Notes under the pieces: model-generated
What the model was told of the DNA's origin: nothing
Database searches by the model: none
The model's input: the letters and a program-made list of their open reading frames with translations, nothing else
NCBI GenBank assembly: GCA_043732305.1
Contig: JAYTHU010000031.1
Coordinates: forward strand, 1-64,000
Reading direction: 5' to 3'
Origin: Oligoflexia bacterium
GTDB taxonomy: Bacteria > Bdellovibrionota > Bdellovibrionia > JABDDW01
DNA length: 64,000 nucleotides
Part shown: positions 21,698 to 30,986 of the stretch, one piece after another
Layout: every line of letters starts with the position of its first letter
Position numbering within the stretch: the stretch's first letter is position 1
Program-made: the position numbers and the translations under genes

Positions 21698-22289
21698 CCA
21701 TCAGGTCGCCTTTAGGCAAAACCTTGTGCGTGCCATAAATGCAAATGGGCACGATGGGTTCACCGGTTTTTAATGCCAAGTGAAAAGCTCCGCTTTTAAA
21801 ATCTCCAACACCTTCGCCCTTGAATCTAGTTCCTTCTGGCGCCATCCAAAAGCTTTCACCGTTGGTGAATTTTCGCTTCATACGATCCAAAGTTTTCTGA
21901 GACGCATCGACCCGCTTTCTATCGAGCGGCATGAAGCCCGCTTTCCATAAAACCTGACCAAATATAGGAATAAGAAACAATTCCTTTTTAGCAGCCATTC
22001 TGAAGGATTGCGGCACGGACCAAAATAAAACGGGAATGTCATAATGACTTTGATGATTGCTTAAAAAAAGTGCGGAACTGATTCCTTTAAGATTCTCAAC
22101 ACCTTCGCAGTGCACGCGAACGCCAGAAAGTTCACACAAAAGCTTCGACCAAACAAAGATCACCCGGTCCATAGTCTTGCGACTTGAAAACGGGATGAAA
22201 TAGATCACACAGGCGATACTAAATAGAAAAGTTATCGAAGGGAGAAGAAAAAATAATACACCAGCTCTTATTGAAAGCATCAGTTTCAT
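21516..22289 (-). CDS. plsC: 1-acyl-sn-glycerol-3-phosphate acyltransferase
   Basis: NHQSHYD, AKKEL, APEGTR, FKSGAF. Confidence 0.9.
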   Translation of the reverse strand: MKLMLSIRAGVLFFLLPSITFLFSIACVIYFIPFSSRKTMDRVIFVWSKLLCELSGVRVHCEGVENLKGISSALFLSNHQSHYDIPVLFWSVPQSFRMAAKKELFLIPIFGQVLWKAGFMPLDRKRVDASQKTLDRMKRKFTNGESFWMAPEGTRFKGEGVGDFKSGAFHLALKTGEPIVPICIYGTHKVLPKGDLMANRTQLWQDVYVQILPPIETKGMTMADRFELRNAVRKQILEAYVGLQEEANSSLRLPTQA

Positions 22290-22292
22290 GAT

Positions 22293-23396
22293 TTAAATCT
22301 TATGGGGCGCAAAGTATATTTCTCCCAGGACTCGGTCATGAGCAGCTTTTCTTTGTCTCAACTTATATTCTCCGTGCGCGGAAGTACCAGAAAGATTTTG
22401 AACGTAGGTTTGATAATCCATGATTTGAATTTCGTAGGGATAGAAAAACCGAATCACGCCGTTGCTAGTTTTAACTTTGACCAAACTTCGGGAAATAAAT
22501 TTAATCGCTTTGTAATGAATGTCGGAGAATGGATTATACTTTTCTTTATATTCCGCCCGTTTAGAATCCTGGTTTAATGCTTCCAACATGATTTTATCGA
22601 TCTCGTCGGAATCTAAATTCTTTTTCTCGGCGCCTAATTTCTCAATCACTTCCATAAAAATATTTGTCGGGAATAAAGTATTTTTTGATTGGTGAGGAAC
22701 CACATTGGCAAAGCTGACTAGGTTTTCTCTCCGTAAAAAACGTATCACGCGAAAAGCATCAAAAACAGTGGCGGTGATAAATCTCACTCCCATTTTATCA
22801 AAAATATCCATGGCCACACTTTCAGGCTTGCTGAGAGTTTTAATCACCATGCTGTGCATTTCTTTAAATGCTTTGACTTCGAATTTCATCAATGGAATTT
22901 GCTCAGAACTTTGCTCGGTCCCCAAGAATAACTTCCCGTTGTCATCACCGGAGACTTTAGATTGAATGGGACTAAAAATCTGATTTTGAATCTCGCTGGT
23001 GTAATTAAAAAAAAGATCATTCTCAACGTGAGCCACACAGTGCATGACTCGAAGAATCGCACAGCTCCAAAGCTGCATTGGATTCTTGTCATGATCCCGG
23101 GTACTGGCGTATAAAAAAAGCCGCCGAATGTCTTTTACCGCAGCGCGAGTTGCCAAAACTTCCGGAACTCGCTCATGAGAATCTAAAATATACTTATGCA
23201 ATATATGGATAGCCTGTTCATACATTTGCCAAACAGTTTCATCTTCTTCTTTGATAGAGATATCATAACCGTAGGTTTTTAAAAATTCGCCGCCTTCTTC
23301 CAGAGACCTGAAGTCAAGCCTCGGCACGTCGATGGTGGAATAACCACCAATGATTGTTTTGATCATTTGGCTTGGAAAATCGAAATTACTGATCAT
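22293..23396 (-). CDS. TIGR04552-like protein (RelA/SpoT-synthetase-like nucleotidyltransferase motifs)
   Basis: WSCAILRVMH, DIFDKMGVRFIT, YKAIKFI, FFYPYEIQI, HGEYK. Confidence 0.7.
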   Translation of the reverse strand: MISNFDFPSQMIKTIIGGYSTIDVPRLDFRSLEEGGEFLKTYGYDISIKEEDETVWQMYEQAIHILHKYILDSHERVPEVLATRAAVKDIRRLFLYASTRDHDKNPMQLWSCAILRVMHCVAHVENDLFFNYTSEIQNQIFSPIQSKVSGDDNGKLFLGTEQSSEQIPLMKFEVKAFKEMHSMVIKTLSKPESVAMDIFDKMGVRFITATVFDAFRVIRFLRRENLVSFANVVPHQSKNTLFPTNIFMEVIEKLGAEKKNLDSDEIDKIMLEALNQDSKRAEYKEKYNPFSDIHYKAIKFISRSLVKVKTSNGVIRFFYPYEIQIMDYQTYVQNLSGTSAHGEYKLRQRKAAHDRVLGEIYFAPHKI

Positions 23397-23418
23397 GATG
23401 ATTTTAACTTAGCGAATA

Positions 23419-23457
23419 AAAAGACCTTTGCCAAATTTTATTTGGTAAAGGTCTTTT
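23419..23457 (-). terminator. Rho-independent terminator after the lipoprotein gene
   Basis: AAAAGACCTTTGCCAAAT / ATTTGGTAAAGGTCTTTT stem with one mismatch and T-runs on both strands. Confidence 0.75.
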
Positions 23458-23477
23458 AGATAAAGCTTAATATTTCT

Positions 23478-24308
23478 TTATTGACATCTAAAAAATGCGC
23501 AGGCGTTTCCGCTAAATTGTCCAAGAGTTCCTGAAGCCACACTGGTTTGACCATTGATGGTGTTGACAGAAGTTTGATTGGTAAACCCAATGGTTCCGCT
23601 CAAAGTGTAGTTCACTCCGGATCCTGATAAAGTTCCTATGACGGTGATTGTTCCTTCGCCATCGCTGAACACTAAATTAACTTTATTTCCCTGCACATAA
23701 GAACCTTGAGTCTGCAATCCAACATTGACAGGAATTGCAGGAACCACACCACCGCTAGGATCAGCAGTTCCGGTCAATGAATCCCAGAAGCCCATAGTAA
23801 TACCACCGCTTGAAGGAGCCACTTGCTGATTAGACGCGACAACAGCAGAGAGTGTCTGATTGCTAGTGAAAACCATTGGCGCAGAGCTAGATCCACTAGG
23901 ATTTGTGCCCATGGTCATTCCCACAACGCAATTTGAACCGTTGCAAGGAATCTGAGTGTAGCTTGCGGGTGTTCCAAAAATTGCAGAATTCCAATTGGTG
24001 TCCGTCGTTGTTGATGTGGCGCCAATAGCACCCCACGCCCAGTCAGTGCTCAAGAAATAGCGGGAGACGTCGTTGCTGTTCATACTTAAGCCAGGAGCCA
24101 TGCCAGAGGTGACCTGACCCGAACTGGTGTTCACTTGCGCCCATATAGAACTGCTCACTCCACTGGGAGCGGCTGGGACACTGACGCCACCACGGATGTT
24201 ATTACCGTTGGTGCGACTGGTTGAATTTTTGTCTTTATTGTTGCTACCGCAGGCCGTGAATAGGAGCGTTGCTGCAACCGATAATGCTACTAATAAATTG
24301 TTTCTCAT
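23478..24308 (-). CDS. Ser/Thr/Gly-rich lipoprotein ending CAFFRCQ
   Basis: Lipobox LFTA-C after MRNNLL..; GGAG RBS. Confidence 0.8.
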   Translation of the reverse strand: MRNNLLVALSVAATLLFTACGSNNKDKNSTSRTNGNNIRGGVSVPAAPSGVSSSIWAQVNTSSGQVTSGMAPGLSMNSNDVSRYFLSTDWAWGAIGATSTTTDTNWNSAIFGTPASYTQIPCNGSNCVVGMTMGTNPSGSSSAPMVFTSNQTLSAVVASNQQVAPSSGGITMGFWDSLTGTADPSGGVVPAIPVNVGLQTQGSYVQGNKVNLVFSDGEGTITVIGTLSGSGVNYTLSGTIGFTNQTSVNTINGQTSVASGTLGQFSGNACAFFRCQ

Positions 24309-24487
24309 AAATCTCCACTTTGAAAATAGGTCCATCCGTATTCTCTCAAGTTTATGTATTACAAGGGTTGGGCCATGGTTTTGGTCCTAGGGAATGACAG
24401 GTTGACTATAGGATTGATTGTCAGGAGTGCAGTTCGAATAGGCCTTGAGTCGTCAGACAACTGTCTAATTTTTAGCCAAGTCGGTTT

Positions 24488-26329
24488 TTACCGAGGTGCC
24501 AGTAATGACTCGATCCTATTCACGGTGAATTTCTCCAGCCCCGGTTTGTCTTGCCATTTCTTGTCTGCAAGAATCTCGATGATTATCTCTCGTGCTTGGT
24601 TCTTAGTGAGATTTGGTCCACTCCCAAACGACACTTGTGTCAGCATTTTAAACAGAATAATTTGAGCTAAAGAAAACTTCAAATTCTTTGAAGAATCATG
24701 GGGTGCAAAAAATACGGTTGGAGCAGCGTGAATTTGAAAAGAATAATTCTCTTTTTGAACCACCAACGTTAGCTCATCCAAATAAGATATCATCTCCCTC
24801 AACACCGCGACGGGAATCCTCTTATTTTCAAGGTAACTATCTAATAGTTCAAGTCTGGCAGCTGGACTGACCGGTAATTTCAAAACCTCCATCATTCTAT
24901 CGAAATGAATTTGTTCTTCCGAACCCATTTTAAATCGAGGACGAGGTCTCTTATTGGAAACCTGTTGTAGGATTTTCTCAACGGCGAACATTTCTAACTT
25001 AGGAACATTCGACCATTTTTTAGTGTTAAAAAGTTTGCGGGCTATTTCCTGGGCCTCTTCCTTTGACAACGCTCCGTGCGCTCCGGGGATCAAACGCTTC
25101 AGCATCTTAAACAAAATCACATCACTATACCCAAATTTAGAATTGGAACGGGAATGGGGACTTTTGATTGAATAGAATATTGATTCTGGAAACGCAATAG
25201 ACTGCATAGCTTCATTATCCTTGGCAATTGAGTCTTTATTCAAAACAGGAATCATTTTCATAAACACCATGACCGGCACGCTCGTAGATTCGACATAACT
25301 TTCCAAAACCCCGAGAACACTTTCTAGACTTGCGGGGGATTCCAAAAGAAAAAGCATGTGATCATAAATTTTTTGGTCCTCGGGGTCCAATTGAGACGAG
25401 CGTGGTCCATCTATGCCATTCTCACTGTCCATCAAAAAATCGAGATCGATACCTTGTCGAGACGCCGAGATAACCGATTTCATAATTTCAATATCGCTGA
25501 CTCCGTCGGCCAGTTCCTTGACCTCACTGACTTTCCCGATAATTGGCGAAAGAGCGTCGATCATCATCACGACCTGCATTTGGAGAGCTTTTAGTTTCTG
25601 TATCTCTTTAGTGAAAGTCGCGACAAAAACATTTTCGCCCATTGAATTTTGAGTTGCTACCTCCAGAACGCTTTTTCGTTCGGCAATCGTGCTCTGTGTG
25701 ACCCGAAGCAAAATGTATTCTTCATTCAATTGGCGAGATATTTCCGGAAATTCAATTTTACACAGGGCAATACTTTGCTTGCAGCCTTTAATTTTATTAG
25801 CAATCTCGGTAACGGAAACTTTATAATTCTTGCTCAGCCCAAGAAAATGGCTCACCGAAGATGGCTTACCGACTGTTAGTTTTTTCTGAAGCTCCGTAGT
25901 CAAAGCGGAAACATTCTGCATCCCAAAAAATACGGTACGAACCTTCTCCAAGCTTTCTTTATTTCGGTTCAAGGACAGGCCCGTCTGCTGCTTTGAAACT
26001 TCCAAAACCAAATCAAAAATCGGCTGATCCCAATCTTGCATAAATTCATTAGCCAGATACTGAGGATGAGAAAATCGAGAAGATTCGAGTTTGGACCTAA
26101 GACCTTCCACCAAAAAATGTGCAGCTTTCTGGATTTCAGAGTCATCCAGACTTTTTATCGTATGTTCGAACTCTGGCAAAGACGAACCGGACTTCAGAGT
26201 TTCAAGGATGGATGCGCACCTGTCCCCGAGAGACATTTCTTTTGGCGGCTGGGCACGGTGCCCTTCAATCTCAGAAGCCTCAACAAGGCCGGGGATTAAA
26301 AAGATAAAAACTAACATAAGAAACTTCAT
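24488..26329 (-). CDS. Exported paralogue 1: shared coiled-coil (TelA-like) N-domain plus two tandem C-terminal modules
   Basis: Signal peptide, RCASIL, FSHPQY, GCKQSIALC, LNEEY, QGIDLDFL; internal duplication aa ~314-458 / 468-613. Confidence 0.8.
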   Translation of the reverse strand: MKFLMLVFIFLIPGLVEASEIEGHRAQPPKEMSLGDRCASILETLKSGSSLPEFEHTIKSLDDSEIQKAAHFLVEGLRSKLESSRFSHPQYLANEFMQDWDQPIFDLVLEVSKQQTGLSLNRNKESLEKVRTVFFGMQNVSALTTELQKKLTVGKPSSVSHFLGLSKNYKVSVTEIANKIKGCKQSIALCKIEFPEISRQLNEEYILLRVTQSTIAERKSVLEVATQNSMGENVFVATFTKEIQKLKALQMQVVMMIDALSPIIGKVSEVKELADGVSDIEIMKSVISASRQGIDLDFLMDSENGIDGPRSSQLDPEDQKIYDHMLFLLESPASLESVLGVLESYVESTSVPVMVFMKMIPVLNKDSIAKDNEAMQSIAFPESIFYSIKSPHSRSNSKFGYSDVILFKMLKRLIPGAHGALSKEEAQEIARKLFNTKKWSNVPKLEMFAVEKILQQVSNKRPRPRFKMGSEEQIHFDRMMEVLKLPVSPAARLELLDSYLENKRIPVAVLREMISYLDELTLVVQKENYSFQIHAAPTVFFAPHDSSKNLKFSLAQIILFKMLTQVSFGSGPNLTKNQAREIIIEILADKKWQDKPGLEKFTVNRIESLLAPR

Positions 26330-26335
26330 TTTTCC

Positions 26336-27727
26336 TTACTCCGAAACCAAAGTGTGCAAATGACTGATCACGTATTTTTCCAGACCACCGTAATAAGACC
26401 ACGTTGAATCGGTCAAAATTTCCCCGGCAATGACATGAGCATCCTCTTTAGATATTTTTCTCAAGTCGCTTTGAGTGACACGGCTTAATATTTTTGTAAT
26501 GACAATGATTTTAAGCGGAAACTTCGAATTGACATTCATGAAATTATGGGGAAGGAACTCGGTCGCCGGGTAAACTATTTTTTGGATAAACTGATCATCT
26601 CTCCAACTCGAATCATCAAATTTATAGATAATAGGTACAATCTCTCTCAGCACATCAATAGAGATAGGAGTGCTATTTGCATAATCCTCGAGAATATTCA
26701 GAGCAATCCTGGAAGACGTCGGTGAGCTAAGAAGGTAAATCATATGATCGAGGATTTGTCTATCACCGAGGCTGATTTTTACCAGACTTAAAGAAGGATT
26801 TAATTTAGAATCTCCTTCCACGAGAAAATCCAGATCCAACCCTTGCGAAGAGGCACTGATCACTGATTTTACAATTTCACTCTCGTTCACGGCATCCGCC
26901 CGCTCTTTAATTTCCCGAACTTTTCCTAAGATCTGAGAAAGTCCACCAGTCATAGCGGAAACTTGCAACTGTTGAATCCCCAGCTTTTCTAGCTCTCGTT
27001 TGAAAGACTCAACTAAGATTTTCTCACTCGTCTGTTCCATAGCCTCCCTTAAAATTCGTTCTCGCTCGACCATTAAACTGGAGGTAGCTTGCAGCAAAAT
27101 ATATTCTTCATTCAAATCTTGAACAATGGCGGAAAATTTAATTTTGCAAAGACCAATGGTTTTCCGGCACCCGCTAATTTTCTTAGCGAGTACCAAAACC
27201 TTAAGTTTATAGTCCGGTGATAACCAACGGCTGAGCTTGAAAACCGACGGCTTTCCCTCAGCTAAAATATTCTGTAACTTTCCCACAAGCAATCCGATGC
27301 TTTGGGTTCCATAAAGGGCGGCGTTGGCTCTCGCCATACTTTCTTTATACCGAGAAACATCAAGACCGATTTTCTGCTTTGAAATCGCCAGTACAAGATC
27401 AAAAACTGACTGATTCCAGTTCGCGAGGACTTCACTGGCTAAATGCTGCGGATGAGAGAAACGTGAAGTGGAGATTTTTTCTTTTACTGCCATCACCAAT
27501 TTTGAAGCTTCTTCCCGAAGAGTGGCTTCTCCTAAATCACCCAATTTAGTTTCAAGTTCCAAAACTGTGGATCTATTTTCAAGCGCCTCTAGGACGCTGA
27601 CGCAGCGAGTATGCAGATCAGAAGACTCCTGTGTTTTTTCTTCAGATAAAGATCCATGGAGTTCGGATGCCCTAGCGAAATTAGTCATACAAAAAATAAA
27701 AACTATAATAAATAATAAATATTTCAT
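26336..27727 (-). CDS. Exported paralogue 2: shared N-domain plus one C-terminal module
   Basis: Signal peptide, RCVSVL, FSHPQH, GCRKTIGLC, LNEEY, QGLDLDFL. Confidence 0.8.
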   Translation of the reverse strand: MKYLLFIIVFIFCMTNFARASELHGSLSEEKTQESSDLHTRCVSVLEALENRSTVLELETKLGDLGEATLREEASKLVMAVKEKISTSRFSHPQHLASEVLANWNQSVFDLVLAISKQKIGLDVSRYKESMARANAALYGTQSIGLLVGKLQNILAEGKPSVFKLSRWLSPDYKLKVLVLAKKISGCRKTIGLCKIKFSAIVQDLNEEYILLQATSSLMVERERILREAMEQTSEKILVESFKRELEKLGIQQLQVSAMTGGLSQILGKVREIKERADAVNESEIVKSVISASSQGLDLDFLVEGDSKLNPSLSLVKISLGDRQILDHMIYLLSSPTSSRIALNILEDYANSTPISIDVLREIVPIIYKFDDSSWRDDQFIQKIVYPATEFLPHNFMNVNSKFPLKIIVITKILSRVTQSDLRKISKEDAHVIAGEILTDSTWSYYGGLEKYVISHLHTLVSE

Positions 27728-29133
27728 TTTATAACTCCACGCACAGAGGCAATTCCCGAGTTCTGAAGAGCAACTTTTCGGAGGCCACAGCCAGACTTCA
27801 AGGCAAAAAACTCCCCGTTCGAATACAACTGGGTCTCAAGCTTTTTATAAAGCTCCAGATGCCCGTCTGAAGTGAGACTCATTTTTTTCGCCATCTGGCT
27901 GAGAGTTTTTGCGGAGAGCGTTTCACCTTGAAACAAAATCAATTTTTTTGATGCCATGTAAGGAATGACAAATTTCAAATAATACTTATAGTTTTGGGAA
28001 CCGTCGAAAACTCTTCTCACCTTATAAATTTCTTGTTGTGGGGCGGATTTTGCATAGATAAATATTGATCCCGTGAAAGGTTTAACCGCTTTGAGAAGAA
28101 ACAAAAGGCTTTCGAGAGAAATGAATTTCATTACTTCAATCTCTGCGAGAATCATGTCTCCTATTTCATCGTTAGAAAGTTCCGAATGAATAGCGCGCGC
28201 CACCTTCAATTTGAACTGCTCCTGTTGATCCAAATCCGTGTCTGTACGACTCGGAGACAAAGTCACGTCGTTTTCACCGATTAAAAATCCTAAATCAAAA
28301 CCTTGAGATGCCGCTTCCATCACCGTTTTATGAGTAGATCCTGTTTGAAAAATATCAGCCTGAGACATGACGTGGGAGATCTTGTCGATGGTCTCAGCCA
28401 GCTTTTCAGTTTTAATTTGCAATAAAGTTTTCTGCATGCCAAGCCTTTCGAGCTCAGTCTCAAGAATCCTTAAAAGCCCTGGGTGAGAAGTTATTTTCTT
28501 GGCCGCGACAAGAATCTTCATCTCATCAGAAAATGTCATTTTTACGGCGTTGAGAAAAATCAGATCGGAATTGATTTGCTTTGATATGGAAGGCAAATCC
28601 AGTTGGCATTGGGCGAGAGATTTTTTACACAGGGCCGCTTTGCGGGCTAGGTCTTTGATTTTATTTGAATGGGTGCTTTTCAACATCAAAAATCTCCGCC
28701 CGCGGGAAATGGCCTTCTGAAGTTCATCAAGAACTATGGTCACATTCCTTGATCCGTAAAGGAGATTTTTCGCATTGGTCAGAGCCGGAGCTTCAAGCAG
28801 TTGCCCCGCCCCAAGATAACGTTTAGAAATAGAATTCAGAAGTTCATTCAAGTCCGAGTGATTTTCGGCCATACCCTCGCGCAAGACGTGCACTGGCTGG
28901 GAAAGGGAATGATCCGTCAGACTTTTTTCTAAGTGAGAAATGAGATCTCGACTCTCCGCTCCAATCTTCTCGTCGCTCAACGGATGAAATTCTTTTTCCA
29001 AATCGTGATTTCTATTTTGGCTCAGATTTTCAAGTAAGAGTCCACAGCGAAGAGAAAGATCACCGGCATTTAAAAACGGAGAGAATAGAAAGACTAGTTC
29101 TAGAAAAAGTAGACCTATAATTTTCGATCTCAT
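27724..29133 (-). CDS. Exported paralogue 3
   Basis: Signal peptide, RCGLLL, LSQPVH, LCKKSLAQC, QGFDLGFL; ATGA overlaps on both sides. Confidence 0.8.
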   Translation of the reverse strand: MRSKIIGLLFLELVFLFSPFLNAGDLSLRCGLLLENLSQNRNHDLEKEFHPLSDEKIGAESRDLISHLEKSLTDHSLSQPVHVLREGMAENHSDLNELLNSISKRYLGAGQLLEAPALTNAKNLLYGSRNVTIVLDELQKAISRGRRFLMLKSTHSNKIKDLARKAALCKKSLAQCQLDLPSISKQINSDLIFLNAVKMTFSDEMKILVAAKKITSHPGLLRILETELERLGMQKTLLQIKTEKLAETIDKISHVMSQADIFQTGSTHKTVMEAASQGFDLGFLIGENDVTLSPSRTDTDLDQQEQFKLKVARAIHSELSNDEIGDMILAEIEVMKFISLESLLFLLKAVKPFTGSIFIYAKSAPQQEIYKVRRVFDGSQNYKYYLKFVIPYMASKKLILFQGETLSAKTLSQMAKKMSLTSDGHLELYKKLETQLYSNGEFFALKSGCGLRKVALQNSGIASVRGVIK

Positions 29134-30986
29134 TCCGTCCTCAAAATGGCTTCGCTTACAAGCTGATCCACAACTTCACTTATCTTTGCGTCTCGCTCTG
29201 GATCAAGATGAACCCCTCTAGAAAGAGCTGTTCTTTCTATCACTTTCTTAAGATTTTCCCTCGCTGTAGTTTCAAATTCAGAAATGTTATCTTGCCCAAG
29301 GATTTGAACATGGCGCAAACCCACTACCGCAAAAAATATACTCGCATTGAATGCCTGTTTTTCGTGACTCATTCCTATCGCATTATAAATACTGTCAGGA
29401 ATTTGCGCGTATGTGTCCACCCAATTCACAGATTGGTTCTTGCGAGAAAAAAGAAGCGTCGACAGAGAAAGGTACTGCGCAATGGTGATGCGACGATTTT
29501 CCTTGAACAAATGAGTCCAAATTCTCGAGGCAATACGGCTTGCAGAAATCTGACTCAGATAGGTTGTTTCCATTTCTTTTTTAATTCCCACGAGATAATC
29601 AGAAACACCTAAATCAACCAAAGGCTCAAGCAGTCCTCGAAGTGACTGATTCAATGCGAGGCCCAATTTGTCATTTTTATGATGGGACAAAACATAACCG
29701 ATGAACTTTGGAATTTTCGATGCGAAAACAGGATCTTCAAAAAGAAGGTTGAATCCCTGAAAGAGAACTCTTTGATCCGTGTTTTCGAGAAGATTAGTGG
29801 CCATTGTGCCGAATAAATGACTAGCCAAAAGTTCATCATCTTCACTGTTGGCAGCAAACTTTTCCACTCTAAGCATGGTTTCAGCAACCAAACGTGTATC
29901 TAACCACTTCACAGAAAGAAGAGCAGTGAGTTGTAAAAAATCTGCATTTTCCTGGAGCTTTTCCACTGCATGACCATAAGCTGCAGATGTGAGGGGCAAT
30001 GATTTTAAAAGATTCCATGACTCTTCTTTTATACCCCAAATACTTACACTTTTTTGTTCGCGCCTATGCCACTCCATTTTCCATTCGATAGGCTCCACGT
30101 CATCTTCTCGCGGCACTAGAAGAGGCTGGAGATCCACGGGCACTTTCAGTGATTGGGCTTTGATAATCAAACGGTGGCTAAACTCAACCCTGGATTCCCG
30201 AGCGTTACTGCCCACTTGATCGGCGGTAATAATTATTTTTTCTAAAGTCTCACTCATAATCAAAAAATAGGACTCAAGCTTAGCTATCTCTAGCCTTTTG
30301 TTATTTAGCGCCGTTATCACGGAACTTTGAGGGAAAGTAGATGGCAACCAGTCAGATAGATTTTCCAAAAGGAGATCTAAAATTTTAACTTGATCTTGCA
30401 GTAACGACTCCACATTTTTGACCGTCGCGAACTCCTGATTGAGATTTTCAATAATTGTTTTAAGCTCTTTTGAACAATGGTTGATCGATACCCGACACTC
30501 TCTCACTCGAGCGACTTGTTTGAGAAGTTCCTGCTTTTTTTTCTCGATGTTGAATCGAGCGCGACCGTATTGATCGATCCTTACATCTAAACTATTCAAA
30601 AGTTTCTGTTCGCTGTCCACACCAAAGAGAAGCGTTTCTAATTCTTCTAACTTTTTAGGCTTAGAGTTTGTGTTTTGAGAAACTTGTCTTTGGCTCACTG
30701 CTCGTACCATTTCTAAAAGAGGTTCAAAATGATCTTGAAGCCGAGTTTGAATTTGAAAATACGGACTAGAGAATTTTTCTTTTTCTAATGCAAAAACTAA
30801 ATCCTTCACTAATTTTTCATAGACTTGTTTCTGGTCCACAGGTTGGGATGCCTTGAATTCCAAAACTTTTTCAAGCTCAAGGATACATGGTTGTGCATTG
30901 ATAAAGGTGGGAGAAGAAGTAACTGCTGAAAAAGCGTTGCCACCTAGAAAAAAAACGGGAAACACTAAAGATAAAAACACTTTCAT
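29130..30986 (-). CDS. Exported paralogue 4
   Basis: Signal peptide (NAFSA), PCILEL, FSSPYF, KPKKLEELETLLFG, ECRVSINHC, LNQEF. Confidence 0.8.
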   Translation of the reverse strand: MKVFLSLVFPVFFLGGNAFSAVTSSPTFINAQPCILELEKVLEFKASQPVDQKQVYEKLVKDLVFALEKEKFSSPYFQIQTRLQDHFEPLLEMVRAVSQRQVSQNTNSKPKKLEELETLLFGVDSEQKLLNSLDVRIDQYGRARFNIEKKKQELLKQVARVRECRVSINHCSKELKTIIENLNQEFATVKNVESLLQDQVKILDLLLENLSDWLPSTFPQSSVITALNNKRLEIAKLESYFLIMSETLEKIIITADQVGSNARESRVEFSHRLIIKAQSLKVPVDLQPLLVPREDDVEPIEWKMEWHRREQKSVSIWGIKEESWNLLKSLPLTSAAYGHAVEKLQENADFLQLTALLSVKWLDTRLVAETMLRVEKFAANSEDDELLASHLFGTMATNLLENTDQRVLFQGFNLLFEDPVFASKIPKFIGYVLSHHKNDKLGLALNQSLRGLLEPLVDLGVSDYLVGIKKEMETTYLSQISASRIASRIWTHLFKENRRITIAQYLSLSTLLFSRKNQSVNWVDTYAQIPDSIYNAIGMSHEKQAFNASIFFAVVGLRHVQILGQDNISEFETTARENLKKVIERTALSRGVHLDPERDAKISEVVDQLVSEAILRTE

